Shown piece by piece: positions 36,638 to 52,070 of a stretch of 64,000 nt of DNA (position 1 is the stretch's first letter; each line of letters begins with the position of its first letter). Source of the DNA: Octopus vulgaris (taxonomy: Eukaryota); the NCBI GenBank assembly GCA_951406725.2, contig OX597824.1, positions 12,772,001-12,836,000 on the forward strand, in the 5' to 3' direction. Under the pieces are notes generated by a model. It saw only the letters and a list, made by a program, of their open reading frames with translations, was not told the origin of the DNA and did not search any database. The position numbers and the translations under genes were made by a program.

Positions 36638-37108
36638 TAATTTTTTAAGACTTCAAAAGCCGCTAATGAGAGATTTCAGTAACTGATCGTCAAACAATAC
36701 GACGATCGTTTACGTGAAACTCAAATTTCATTTTGCGAAGTAATTTTAGCTTCAATAAATCGCTATGTCACTCTTCCTTTGGTATTCGAGGATAATTTTC
36801 TCAACAAATACTTCAAACACACCCAATTTTCTCAACCTTGTTTTGCACCTGAGTGCACTCATGTGTACATCTCAAGCACTTTCCCTCTCTTTCTCTCTCC
36901 CCCTCTCCCCCTCTCTCTCTCATCTATATATATATATATATATTCGCCATGCTTGACCGCTAAATCTGCAGATTATTTTCGATTCTCTCTCTCTGTTTAT
37001 TTTCCCTCATACATTTCTGTCGAAGAGCGAATGCTCGAAACGTAAAACACTTTTTCATTTTTCCGAACGTCAAACTAATACACCTGCATGTTCCTCATAC
37101 AACTGTTT

Positions 37109-37149
<41 letters not shown>

Positions 37150-37168
37150 CGTGTGTGTGTGTGTGTGT

Positions 37169-37264
<96 letters not shown>

Positions 37265-37515
37265 ATATATATATATATATATATATAATTAATCAATATA
37301 GGGTGGCAAAAAAAAATTTTGTAGAATTCTTTTGCCACCAGCGGCTAGTAGGAAAAAATTAAAATAGTCATAGACCATTTTTAAGTTCAACATCAACAAT
37401 AAAGGAACGGCCATAATAGGCCATTCACCCACTAGAAATAACAGCCAAAGCTTCAACCGCAAATAAAAGTTAATTCAGTAAACCAGGAGAAAATTTAAAA
37501 AACATTTACCCTGTA

Positions 37516-37622
37516 ATTTCTTATACGATATACCGTTTCATCTGCTGATTAATGGTAAACTAACCTGATTAAATTAAATCAAGCCAATCTTCCACAGGCC
37601 CTCAGATTCATCAGTAAGAAAT
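37516..37622 (-). ncRNA. Type I hammerhead ribozyme with extended helix II
   Basis: ATTTCTTA-CTGATGA-ATCTG-[58 nt]-CAGAT-GAAA-CGGTATATCG-TA-TAAGAAAT: 8-bp helix I, 5-bp helix II, canonical core, GUA triplet. Confidence 0.85.
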
Positions 37623-38008
37623 AGCCCAAGACGGAACAGATATTTTCACGAGGCATTTCCGACGTTGCCAAGTTTATATCTGACCTAAAATTTTCAAATC
37701 GTCGCACTCGCGCCAAATTTATCGGCAGCAAATAAATATAAGCCGTCGATTCCATTACGGAATTAACCAGAAAATTCATAATTAATCAATATAGGGTGGC
37801 AAAAAAAATTTTGTAGAATTCTTTTGCCACCAGCGGCCTAGTAGGAAAAAATTAAAATAGTCATAGACCATTTTTAAGTTCAACATCAACAATAAAGGAA
37901 CGGCCATAATAGGCCATTCACCCACTAGAAATAACAGCCAAAGCTTCAACCGCAAATAAAAGTTAATTCAGTAAACCAGGAGAAAATTTAAAAAACATTT
38001 ACCCTGTA

Positions 38009-38115
38009 ATTTCTTATACGATATACCGTTTCATCTGCTGATTAATGGTAAACTAACCTGATTAAATTAAATCAAGCCAATCTTCCACAGGCCCTCAGAT
38101 TCATCAGTAAGAAAT
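38009..38115 (-). ncRNA. Type I hammerhead ribozyme with extended helix II, second unit
   Basis: Identical to 37516-37622, 493 bp away. Confidence 0.85.
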
Positions 38116-38747
38116 AGCCCAAGACGGAACAGATATTTTCACGAGGCATTTCCGACGTTGCCAAGTTTATATCTGACCTAAAATTTTCAAATCGTCGCAC
38201 TCGCGCCAAATTTATCGGCAGCAAATAAATATAAGCCGTCGATTCCATTACGGAATTAACCAGAAAATTCATAATTAATCAATATAGGGTGGCAAAAAAA
38301 TTTTGTAGAATTCTTTTGCCACCAGCGGCCTAGTAAGAAAAAATTAAAATAGTCATAGAGGTAAATAAATCTTTCACCAGCGGCTAGTAGAAAAAATTAA
38401 ATAGTCATAGACCATTTTAAGTTCAACATCAACAATAAAGGAACGGCCATAATAGGCCATTCACCCACTAGAAATAACAGCCAAAGCTTCAACCGCAAAT
38501 AAAAGTTAATTCAGTAAACCAGGAGAAAATTTAAAAAACATTTACCCTGTAATCAGGTTAGTTTACCATTAATCAGCAGATGAAACGGTATATCGTATAA
38601 GAAATTACAGGGTAAATGTTTTTTAAATTTTCTCCTGGTTTACTGAATTAACTTTTATTTGCGGTTGAAGCTTTGGCTGTTATTTCTAGTGGGTGAATGG
38701 CCTATTATGGCCGTTCCTTTATTGTTGATATATATATATATATATAT

Positions 38748-39206
<459 letters not shown>

Positions 39207-39219
39207 ATATATATATCTA

Positions 39220-39258
<39 letters not shown>

Positions 39259-39524
39259 TATTTATATATATATATATATAACACACACACACATATATAT
39301 ATATATACATATATGTATATATATATACATATATATATGTGTGGGTGTATAAAATGCATGTATATATTTGTGGAGCAGTGGGCATGAATGTGTGTGCATG
39401 TGTGAGTATGTATGTATGTATGTATGCATTTATGTATGTATGTATGTATGTATGTATGTATGTATGTATGCATTTATGTATTATGTATGTATGTATGCAT
39501 GTATGTATGTGGCTCTAAACAGTG

Positions 39525-40297
39525 CGTGTGTATATAGTCTGTTTATTCGTGTTGTGTGCTTGTGTATTGCGTGCGATTTTATGAGTGAATATTGTGTGTC
39601 GTGGGGGACTGCATGGAAGTGAAAAGTGTGTGGTGAGTGGGAATGTGTGTGTGGTTGGGAATACACACAAACACACACTTATATATATATATACATATAT
39701 ACACATATACATATGTTTGTGTGTGATCGTGTATGTATGTATATGTGTCAATAAAGTGAACAAGGCGAATAATTAGCACCAATATTGCTGGAAATAGTAG
39801 TGAAAACAACTCAATAGTCACAAAAAGTACTATCATAATGAGCTGATAAGGGAGGAAAGCCCCCTACGGTCGCAGATTAAGCTAGACCATCGATAATTTT
39901 ACATTTTAGTCCTTACGCACATTAATGCTCATCAGTGGCTCTCACCGCGCCTAGGTTTAAACACATCTCACCCTGTCAGCTCATAAGATTTCCGTTGAAA
40001 TCAAATATTGATTCCATAAACGGTAGTGTGAGAATAATAAATAATATGGCTGGCTTAAAATCTAAAGGGAGAAATATATACGTCACTCAAGTGAACAAGC
40101 ACACTAATCAGCATCAGTATTGCTAGAAATAAGAGTCAAAATAAGTCAAAAGCCACAAGAAGCACTACTTTAATGAGCTGACAAGGGAGACAAACCTCAT
40201 ACGGTCATAATTTTAGCAATAATGGTGCTGATTAGTCCCCTTGTTCACTTTAGTGACATGTGTCTGCCTTTAGGTTGTAAAATTGCGACTTAGCCAC

Positions 40298-40341
<44 letters not shown>

Positions 40342-40393
40342 TATAAATATATATATATTATTATTATTATTTTATGATTATTATCATTATTAT

Positions 40394-40440
<47 letters not shown>

Positions 40441-41220
40441 TGGCTAAGTCGCAATTTTACAACCTAAAGGCAGACACATGTCACTAGAGTGAACAAGGGC
40501 ACTAATCATCACCATTGTTGCTAAAAATATGACCGTAGGAGGTTTGTCTCCCTTGTCAGCTCATTAAAGTAGTGCTTCTTGTGGCTTTTGACTTATTTTG
40601 ACTCTTATTTCTAGCAATACTGGTGCTGATTAGTGTGCTTGTTCACTTAAGTGACATATATATTTCTCCCTTTAGATTTTAAGCCAGCCATATTATTTAT
40701 TATTCTCACACTACCGTTTATGGAATCAATATTTGATTTCAGCGGAAATCTTATGAGCTGACAGGGTGAGATGTGTTTAAACCTAGGCGCGGTGAGAGCC
40801 ACCGATGAGCATTAACGTGCGTAAGGACTAAAATGTAAAATTATCGATGATCTAGCTTAATCTGCGACCGTAGGGGGCTTTCCTTATCAGCTCATTATGA
40901 TAGTACTTTTTGTGACTATTAAGTTGTTTTCACTACTATTTCCAGCAATATTGGTGCTAATTATTCGCCTTGTTCACTTTAGTGACACACACACACACAC
41001 ACACACGCACACACACACACGCACACACACACACATGTATATGTGTATATATGTATATATATATATAAGTTTGTGTTTGTGTGTATTCACAATCACACAC
41101 ACATTCCCACTCACCACACACTTTTCACTTCCATACATTTCCACACGACACACAACATTCAATCATAAAATCGCACGCAATACACAAGCACACAACACGA
41201 AAAAGCAGACTATATACACA
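39525..41220. repeat. Large inverted duplication, ~750-bp arms around a (TA)/(TTA) spacer
   Basis: About 39525-40283 is the reverse complement of ~40435-41220 with scattered substitutions. Confidence 0.9.
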
Positions 41221-44200
41221 CTTCGTGTGTGGAAATATACATCCATCAATCCATCCATCCATATATACATACATACATCCATCCATCTATCCATCCATAT
41301 ATACATACATACATACATACATACATACATACATACATACATACATACATACATACATACATACATACATACATACATACATACATACATACATACATAC
41401 ATACATACATACATGCATATATATTTACATACATATATATATACCTTTACATACACATACATGCATAACCGTGGCTAAACCGAGAAGCGGCATTACTGCG
41501 GAACCTGATAGTTTTCTTTTTAACTGGAGTTTTCGGTAAGGACATTTTTCAGCAGGAAAGCGAACTATTCTTCTTGATTGAAGAATTGTTTTGTAGCCAT
41601 AACTATCTTTGGCAGTGCCTGCCATGGCGACCAGTTGCTGATGTTGAGCTCACGGCACAGACGCACAGGTGTGTTGAGATAATGATGTCGCAAGCTGGAA
41701 AGACATCTATTCACCTACTATCTTAAACACTCTCCTTATGGGCGTTTGTCCACGATTCCTTAACAGCCGGAAGGAAATCTCTCTCTTACTCTCTTGTAAC
41801 ATTTTCTTACTCACAGACCTGACAACTGATCTCTGAATGTATAGAATCTATATTTGCAAACTGTTATAAATTTTGTCCAAAGCAATGGTGATTTAAGGCA
41901 GCATGGGTTTCATCGTGTTTTGTTCATTTGGGAATTAGTGACAGGGTTCGACACAGGACACATGAAAAAAAACCCACAGCAATTCTGCTTCATCTTTCAG
42001 TATTTGCTGTCAGGCAAATCCTGCAACATTCTCTCCATGATCTCCAGAGCACGTTCGGCGTTATTGTACATTCGCTCCAGACAATCACCGAGCATCAAAG
42101 AAGCTTCACGCGGTTCTCTAATACCTGATAATTTTGCAATTCACTGAAACCTTTTTGTGCCACGTCTACTAGAAACTGAAAGTAGATAAAACAGTCACAG
42201 ACCCAGGAAGGTCTATAACTGTATTATCTAAAGTAGAAACAGAGATAGTTTTGGTTTTTATGTTGACAGATTTTGGTAAAGGAAATACTTATAAGGAACG
42301 TCATTCTCGTTCCAGTAGGATCCCCAAGGCAGCACATACCAGTCCCATGTTGCTGAACCTTTCTCAAAAATAACAGAATAGACAGCTTTTGGTGTGCATT
42401 TCAGTCTGAATTTGGTTAATATAGAAAATTGTGACTCAAAGAAAATAATAAAATACTGGAGCTTTATTGATTAAATTAAACATTGCAACTATCACATGAC
42501 TTGTAATTTTATGAAGTTTATGAGTAGATACTACTGCACACATGTTATGTATTGTAGTATGTAGGTCAATGTAATACCACTAATGAATAGAAATTTATGT
42601 AATTTCGTTAAATACCATTTAAAAAATAACAGCATTCTATAAGAATTTGATACCTTTGTACATCAAAGTGATATACTTTCAACTGTACAGCCAGTGTACT
42701 GTGAAGTGTTGTCCTCAAATATATAATACAAATATATCTCACAATGGTATTGCACGGATATTATCATTCACTGGAACGTAAATAACTCCCGATTGTTTGC
42801 CTTCCATTGTCATTGGTGTTTCGTCTGGACTTTCCAGCTTAAATCTTTGTAAGATATTTGAAAAGGCCATGAAAGTTTCAATATTGGCTAGAGATATTCC
42901 TGCACATATTCTGGGACCTACAAATAAAATAGACGATATAAAATATATAGCATAATTAAATGATAGAATATAATAAAGTTTGCATTTTGATAAATATTAA
43001 ATTTCTATTATACGACGAATACATTTAAATATCATAGCTCTTGTAATATTTCAGAGAATAAAATATTTCCTGAATTAAATTTTAAAAGAACTTTTATCAA
43101 TAATGAAGATAACATAAAGAGGTAAAATTTTGCTAATAAAAGGATGATAAATCTTAAGTGAGCAAAAGACCAAACTTTCGTAAGAAAGTATAAAGAATTA
43201 ATAAGAAGCAGTAGAATATTGCTATTTTATTGACCCTGAATTGATGACTGCCACCGAAGAACGATTCGAAGCAGGAGGATGTAAGCTAACACATAAAGTT
43301 TTAGCTATGACCTAGCAAACCGACCACGTGTGATCCTTAAACAGGATACCTCAATCTCCAAATGACACATTGCGATTATAAAAAAAGAAGTCACCATCAG
43401 TAACAAGATAATGTTATTGTCTTCCCTCCTGAATAGGTCTACCTTACTATTAAAATCTATTTACAATACTTACCCAAAGAGAAAGGCATGAAAGCCTCAT
43501 TTTTCTTTAACTCATTATCTTCATCAATCCATCTTTCAGGTCGGAATTCCTCTGGTTTATCCCAATAGTTCGGATCATAATGAGCATCCATTATATTGAA
43601 TAGAACAATGGTATGTTTTGGAATATCATAACCTCCCAGTGTTGTGTCAACCGTAGCGGCATGTGGAAGAGTGAGTGTAACTGGTAAAAGAAATTTTCTA
43701 AATATTAATAATGTCGAGATAAATGGTAATTTGATATAGGCTGTCATAGGAGAGTACGTTTGGTGATGTAACATTGTAGTGCAAGCTTATGAGTTTATTT
43801 AGCTGTAAAACTGGGTTTCATGTTGGAAACCTGACCAAATACATAGGTTTTTGCAGTCATTTTCGTACGTTTGTCATTCAAAATTCGCAACAAAAAAAAT
43901 AACACCATGAAGTTAGTCATTCAAATTCGGTTTCCGATCATTCAATTTCGCACTACGATCAAAGAATTCAGCATTTATATCATTCAAATTAAAATACCCA
44001 TCGAAAGCATTCAAATTAGTCGGAATGCGAGGAAGCTGTTTTTTCGAGAATTCAAATCCGTTTCATAGCAATCTATTTAACTAGTTTTGATTTTATCATA
44101 ATCATGTTATCATAACCATTGCCGGGTCATAGTGCTAGTATTGAGATATGCATAATATGTCTTGATGAGAAAAGTATATATTTCTTTGATTTTGCATTTT

Positions 44201-44615
44201 TTTCTTTCATCAGGGGAAGGGTGTTATGTACACTAAGATAGCTATTGAATTAGTCTTGATAAGGAGAGTTCGTTTGAGGGGATTTAGCTGTTTATTTCCT
44301 TTGATCCTCCTTTGACAAAGGATCTAATAATTTGATATCGATGTCATATGTGCGATGATTAATTTTTTCTCTCTTTTGTGCTAAAATCATTTCGTTATTG
44401 GACAAATTATAGAAAATATGGCGCGTGGAATAGCTTCCCTTTAGCAATAAAAGTTACGTCATTGCTTGCTTACCAACAGGAGCAATTCTCTGGACTTCAA
44501 GTAGAGTCGCTGCAACGTATGTCATGTGTTGTTTGTCTTCCATTGTGATTGGTCTATTCAGATCGGTGATCTGGAATTAACAATTCATTATAATGAATAT
44601 CTGTATTTTATTAAT

Positions 44616-44673
<58 letters not shown>

Positions 44674-44770
44674 TATATATATTTTTTTCAACATGTGATC
44701 TCTTGAGCACCACGAGCAAAAAAATTTCTTTTCCTCTGTCTTCCCTTCGCGGGATCTTTCCTTCTCCTTT

Positions 44771-44805
44771 GTTTCCGACGAAGAGCTCCGCTCGAAACGT
44801 TAAAC
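44771..44805 (+). ncRNA. Minimal hammerhead motif (core variant CCGACGA) in a related repeat (~44685-44903)
   Basis: GTTT-CCGACGA-A-GAGC-TCC-GCTC-GAAA-CGTT-AAAC. Separate insertion in copy C intron 5. Confidence 0.55.
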
Positions 44806-44901
44806 CCTCCTTCCATTCTTTCCTGAGCGTCAAATAATACTTTAATTGTTCCACGTCCTCGCGTTGCTGTGTTTTTTTCTGTGTTTTCTTGTTTCGATTA
44901 A

Positions 44902-44948
<47 letters not shown>

Positions 44949-45313
44949 GCATTCATTCTTAATACGTCGAATATGCTAATCACAGTTGCATTTCGGATTC
45001 GTAGAACACATCCTTTCAAAGGAATGTTTGTCCACAATGTGCTCTATTCATGGTGGAAATGGGAAATTGAGACCCTGCAAAGTTTCTGCCTTTTGCGTCT
45101 CTTCTGCCGAAGGTAGCTCTAAATAGATGATCTCGTCAAAAAAAACTTGGTCTTATTTATGAAATGAATTGTTCTCAGCCGGCGAAATACCACAGCGATT
45201 AGCATTTTTATGTTTGAATCTGACGCAACGACTTATGGATTCCAATGTGTGTCATTTTATTTGCATATATACATGTGTGTGTATGTATATACATATCTAT
45301 GTATATGCATATG

Positions 45314-45351
<38 letters not shown>

Positions 45352-45774
45352 ATAAATATATACATGTGCGTAGCGTGCGTTCGCATATATCAAGAGTAAA
45401 CTCACGAAACTCTGAAACCTTGGGTCAAACTGTTACTTCTGCTAAGTATATATATATACATGGGGTGTTAAGATACTTACTACGCAATTTTATAAACACG
45501 CATTGAAATATTTTTTGATAAAAATAAAAATAAATTAGACATATAAATGAAAGAATCTGATATTTTACCTTCTCGATTTCTGCTCGACATTTGTCCTGTA
45601 TATCAGGATATTTGGCCATATATATAAAAACCCAGATAAGAACGCTAGATGCTGTGTCCGATCCGGCCGTAAAAAGATCCATAATCGCCTGGAAAATATT
45701 CGCTTCTGCAACAGTAGGCAAAATATTTAAAGATAAAAAACTTGATAACTATGTAAACCGAAACAATAAAAAGT

Positions 45775-46087
45775 ATATGTATGTACGTACGTATGTATGT
45801 ATGTATGTATGTATGTATGTATGTATGTATGTATGTATGCATGTATGTATGTATGTATGTATGTATGTATGTATGCATGTATGTATGTATGTATGTATGA
45901 ATGTATGCATGCATGTATGTATGTATGTATGTATGTATGTATGTATGTATGTATGTATGTATGCATGCATGTATGTATGTATGTGTGTATGTATGCATGT
46001 ATGTATGTATGTATGTATGTATGTATGTATGTATGTATGTATGTATGTATGTATGTATGTGTTTGTGTGTATGTATGTATGTATGTA

Positions 46088-46122
<35 letters not shown>

Positions 46123-46127
46123 ATGTA

Positions 46128-46162
<35 letters not shown>

Positions 46163-46556
46163 ATGTATGTATGTGTGTTTGTGTGTATGTATATATGTAT
46201 GCATGTATGTATGTATGTATGTATGTATGTATGTATGCATGCATGTATGTATGTATGTATGTATGTATGTATGTATGTGTGTGTGTTTGTGTGTATGTAT
46301 GCATGTATGTATGTATGCATGCATGTATGTATGTGTGTTTGTGTTTGTGTGTATGTATGTATGTATGTATGTATGTATGTATGTGTGTGTTTGTGTGTGT
46401 GTTTGTGTGTATGTATGTATGTGTGTATGTATGTATGTATGTGTGTATGTATGTATGTGTATGTATGTATGTGTGTATGTATGTGTGTGTGTATGTATGT
46501 ATGTATGTATGTGTGTATGTATGTGTGTATGTACGTGTGTATGTGTGTTTGTATGT
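45775..46556. repeat. Long (TATG)n/(TG)n microsatellite
   Basis: Directly visible; source of the spurious YVCM/HTYI ORFs. Confidence 0.95.
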
Positions 46557-47376
46557 ACGAGGTGGTACCAAAATGTTTGCAGAGTAGTTATGTTTAATGA
46601 CGTATCATTCAGTTACCTAAGTTTCAACACCATCACCTTCGAAATAGTCACCTAGTGCAGCAACGTACCAGTCCCAGCGTTACTGTCAAGTTTGGAATCC
46701 ATCTTCAGAGTCGTTTTTTGTTAGCGAGTCGAGGACCTTCTGTGGTTCTTCTCGATCTCGACAAGTGTTAAAACGGTGACATTTGAGCTGTATTTTCATC
46801 TTGGGAAAGAGATGGAAGTCCGCCGGTTCTGAATCTCGTGAGTTTGGCGAGAAATCTACGCAAGAGGAGATTCCGGCGACAGGGTGCGGTGTCATCGCGA
46901 TGAATTCAATACTTTGTGCTCGGTTGCTTTCGCCGAATGTCCTCTCTTAAACGCTTCAAAACATCACAGTAAAACTCTCAATTAATTGTCTGTCCCTGGG
47001 TGAGGAATTCTCAAAGCACTATACCATAATTCCAGGGGTGACGCTCTCATCGTCTTCCACTTTTGAAGCGCCCTTGCCACTCAAAGCAGTAAACTTGCTG
47101 AAGCATTCTGAATGTCTCTGTAGTAGACTTCCCAAGTTTAATGCAAAAAAATCACGCTGGCTTCTTGTTCCAACTTCCTATCCATGACAAATGTGCAGAC
47201 TACATCATATACGGGCTCACAAAAACACAAATTTCTCCACTCGCAAAGTGAACACTGCGATGTCTTTCGGCATACAACCTCGTGAAGGCCACTGCTGTCA
47301 TTATGCATGCAATCGTGTGCTACCAGCTATTGGTATGCTACAGTACTAGTCCAGGAACTTTCTGATATCACCGAGT
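46556..47376 (-). mobile_element. Degenerate mariner remnant, intron 4 of copy C
   Basis: Paralogous to the A and B copies, with the same TIR-like ends and peptide motif. Confidence 0.75.
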
Positions 47377-47409
47377 ATATTTATTTATAAATTCTACAGA
47401 TGAGGACAA

Positions 47410-48140
<731 letters not shown>

Positions 48141-48198
48141 ATATATATATAGCGAGCCCGTACCCTTTTTGGTCTTATATGTAAGTACATATTTTCTT

Positions 48199-48284
<86 letters not shown>

Positions 48285-50958
48285 ACACGCTAGGAGAGAC
48301 TCTTAAAGTCAAAGCTAGCAAAATAAATAAACACATCGTACCGAATGCAACTCTCGAAGCAAGTCATTTAAAAACAGAATTTAGCTGCATACCACCGTGA
48401 TTTCATAATTAGTAATGCACTTTTTACTCCTCAGCGCATGCATAATTCAAGATTTATAACGGATGAACAAAATCAACATACCAGGCGAACAACCAATGTA
48501 TCCAACGTAGCATATAGAAATGCAAACCTTTTATACATCTATGTAAATGGCGGGTTTTTCGAATTGCATTTCGGTAACAACGTGCTTATTCGGAATAAAA
48601 ATTCAGTACTGAGTATACTCCGGTTAAATTTAAAATTTAAAATTAGGATAAAATCTTTATAAGAATTTATCAAGTAGTTTAGCGTGAAAAACCTCATAAG
48701 AGAAAATGATCTACCAATTTTTTCACTTAAATATATTTATTTATATTATATAGAGGGCATTACTATACATAAATGCCACACGCGGGGAGGGACTCTTAAA
48801 GTCAAAGCTACCAAAATAAATACAGAAGCAAAAGAAACATAACAGCTAATGTCACTCACCAGATAAAGATTCACTGTTTGGTTCCTTCTCAAGTGTGAGT
48901 AAGTAGACGTCAATGAAATCTCTTATGTCACCGACATTAAATGTTTCCTTATGTTCCCTGATTTTCTCTTTTATATAACTTCGGATCTTGTTGTTGTTCT
49001 TGATAATTTGTTCTAGCTATAGTGAAAAAAAATTAGCATCGGTGGCCTATGTGTCCAATTTAAAGTTTTATAGTATTTTGCTTTCATCTACAGTCATCAA
49101 CGTTCTCCGTTGTAAAGGAATTTCCTCATTTTGTAGACAATAAAATAAACGTAATTGTTATACTAAGCCAAATCAATCAGCTATACTCATTAATTAACAC
49201 AAATTGTATCCACGTTTTTCTTTAGCCACATTTCTAAAAGAGAATATTATTTACACGCATAACTGTCTTTATAATTAAAATATTTTCCTAAACAAATTGT
49301 TTTGTGTAAGTATAAATTCTTATGAATTATATAATTATATATGTGGGTATTTATTACTGGCAAACGTTACTATTGTCTTCATCGTAGGCCCAAATTCAAG
49401 GAGAATTAGTGATATTTTATCAGGCATAGAGGAAACTTAGCTTGCAGGTGAGGTGTACATATGTAAAGGTAAATCAACATAACTGAGAAAATTATCAGCA
49501 TCGAAGGCATCTAAGTACGAAATAATTTTATGATATGAAAGGCAAATTCTGGTACTATATTGTTCTGGCAATTTTCCTCTGACTCATTGAGTCCTCATAA
49601 TAAGGGTATAATGGAATTTTGAGTTTATCGAAGCTATATTTTCTCGGTTCAGCACCTGATTTAATGATATTCAAATTTGAATAGGAAGTGTTTATACTTA
49701 CGGGAGAATTCCATTGGAAAAATCTCAGGAATGGAAAGAAATTCTCTGGCATAAATGCACTTACATTGTTGAAAAAAAAAAAAATCGTAAGTCATCAGCT
49801 ATTTCTTGAAACTCTGGCTCACCAAATCTGATCCTTTAATTACGAAATATATGATATAACATCATATAATATAATATATGTATATACACGTATACATGCA
49901 TGCTAATATACAATGCATCCATAATAAATGCATACTATTTATGTTGACTTTTACTAACCTTTCATCAAATATTATATAATACACAATACTCAAAGAGAAA
50001 TGTGCCAGCGGATCTTTCAGAGAAAACGGTTTACCATTGTGAGATTGAAAAGCATCGGCTAAAGTCTGGATTTCCAAATATATCTGCTCTTCTAGCTTTT
50101 TCTTACCCATTCCTAAATCTCGGAGTGTTGAAATAGTAAACTTTTTCAAGTCCTTCCATTCTTTTCCAGTGTTAAAGGCGATTCCTAAAACAATAGTGAA
50201 GAAAAAAAAACATAATTACTGTCCCCTCTCTATAAGAGCCATGTGCTCAATAAATGAAACAAAGACGTTGGTGTTGCGTTGGTGGAGGTTTGGGGCTGTC
50301 GGATTACTCTTGTTATTAGTATGTATATACATTTAAGATGTGTGATAATAGAATGAACATTGCATATATTTCTGAAGTAGTAAGCATGAATGAATAAATC
50401 CTTATATATAAAACTCTGAAGAATTTTACTAAGTTTTATCAGTTAATTCATTATATATAAAAAAAGAAAACCATATATATCCAGTACCGCTGCCGTAGTC
50501 TCCTTTAGAGAGGCTTAGAAATATTAATATTTCTATTTTTGAAAACCAGTGGATGTATTCCACTGAATTTAGGTAAATAATCCTTCGAACAGACGGTCAG
50601 TAGCGCCGCCTGCTGATTTCGGCTACTCTGCATTGATAAGGGGCAAATACCATGAAACTAGTCTGTAGATGCCTGACCAGCAAGGGGAAGCGGCTGACCT
50701 GTCCTGTTCGAAGGGCATAATGGACACAGGTTCGTGTGTCACATAGCTAGCTAGAGGCATAGGCCTCTTGGAGCTAATCGACGGCAGCATTCGTCCAATA
50801 TTTCTGGACTGCCATATTAGCTTGGTGATAACTATTAATATCCAGTATATATATATAGTTAATCCAAACATGAAAAAACAAAGAGAAGACACAACAACAC
50901 GAGGACGTGGAACAAGTATAGTATTAATGGACGCCCAGGAATGAAGGAAAGAAGGAGG

Positions 50959-50993
50959 GTTTAACGTTTCGAGCGGAGCTCTTCGTCAGAAAC
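50959..50993 (-). ncRNA. Minimal type I hammerhead motif, paralog in copy C intron 1
   Basis: Identical to 6763-6797. Confidence 0.7.
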
Positions 50994-51067
50994 ATAGGAA
51001 AAGGAAAGATCCAAAGAAGGGAAGACGGAGGAAAAGAATTCGCCAACGGTACACGCGCGGTCACATT

Positions 51068-51210
<143 letters not shown>

Positions 51211-51758
51211 GTATATATACATATATATATGTATGTATGTATGCATAAATTTATAATTCAGAATGAATTAATTAAAATATATTAAAGCCAGCCACCACAT
51301 CAAATTGGCTGTTGAATGTTATACTGGTTTAACTCCAGGCACCTTCATAGTACATCGATAGCCAGAGTTCGCTACCGCTAATGTATTGCAAACAAAGCGA
51401 CCATCGGTCACTGATTTGCAACAAGCAAACAAGCTAGTTGTAAAATCTCAAGGAGAGATACAGTAGTAACTATACTAAACAGTAAAGCCAGTCACATCAC
51501 GCCGGTGCTCCAGACTGGGGATGGACCAAATGATTTGAAACTGAGTCAGTCTCGCGATCCTGTTATTTGCCCGATGGTGGTAGAAGTTCGCTCCTCCTGC
51601 TGACGATATATTTTATATAAAGGATGCAGAGTTTTGCACCGATATCCACTTGGCGGAGAATTTGCCTGGGGTTAAACTAGTTGTAACATTCAACTGTCAC
51701 TTTAATGTGGCGACTGGCTTTTACTGTTTAGTATACGTTACACAGACACACACACACG

Positions 51759-51817
<59 letters not shown>

Positions 51818-51966
51818 GCACACACATGTATATATTATATATACATACAATGGGCTTTCACAGTTTCTGTCTACCAAATGCATCCATGAGGCACGTACAA
51901 TGGGACTAAAAGCCGAGACCACGTAGTTGGACACCAAGTCGTGCTTGTGTTCATACATTTATACAA

Positions 51967-52016
<50 letters not shown>

Positions 52017-52035
52017 GTGTGTGTGTGAGTGTGTG

Positions 52036-52070
<35 letters not shown>

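Larger units (their letters stand above)
37285..38729 (-). mobile_element. 493-bp tandem array (~2.6 units plus inverted partial copy) carrying hammerhead ribozymes; retrozyme- or Penelope-pLTR-like
   Basis: Unit starts at 37285, 37778 and 38271. The third unit ends at 38553 and an inverted fragment spans 38551-38729. Flanked by (TA)n and absent from the other spacers. Confidence 0.85.

Noticed and set aside
37579-37779. 66-aa ORF repeated at 38072-38272
   Set aside because: It is a by-product of the tandem repeat, overlaps the ribozyme and has no recognisable protein features.
37285-38553. CRISPR-like array
   Set aside because: Units are 493-bp whole duplicates without unique spacers, and the context is eukaryotic.
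45591-46655. Long ORFs of YVCM/HTYI/IYIY repeats (also 56418-57181 and many others)
   Set aside because: They are translations of (TATG)n, (TG)n and (TA)n microsatellites, not genes.
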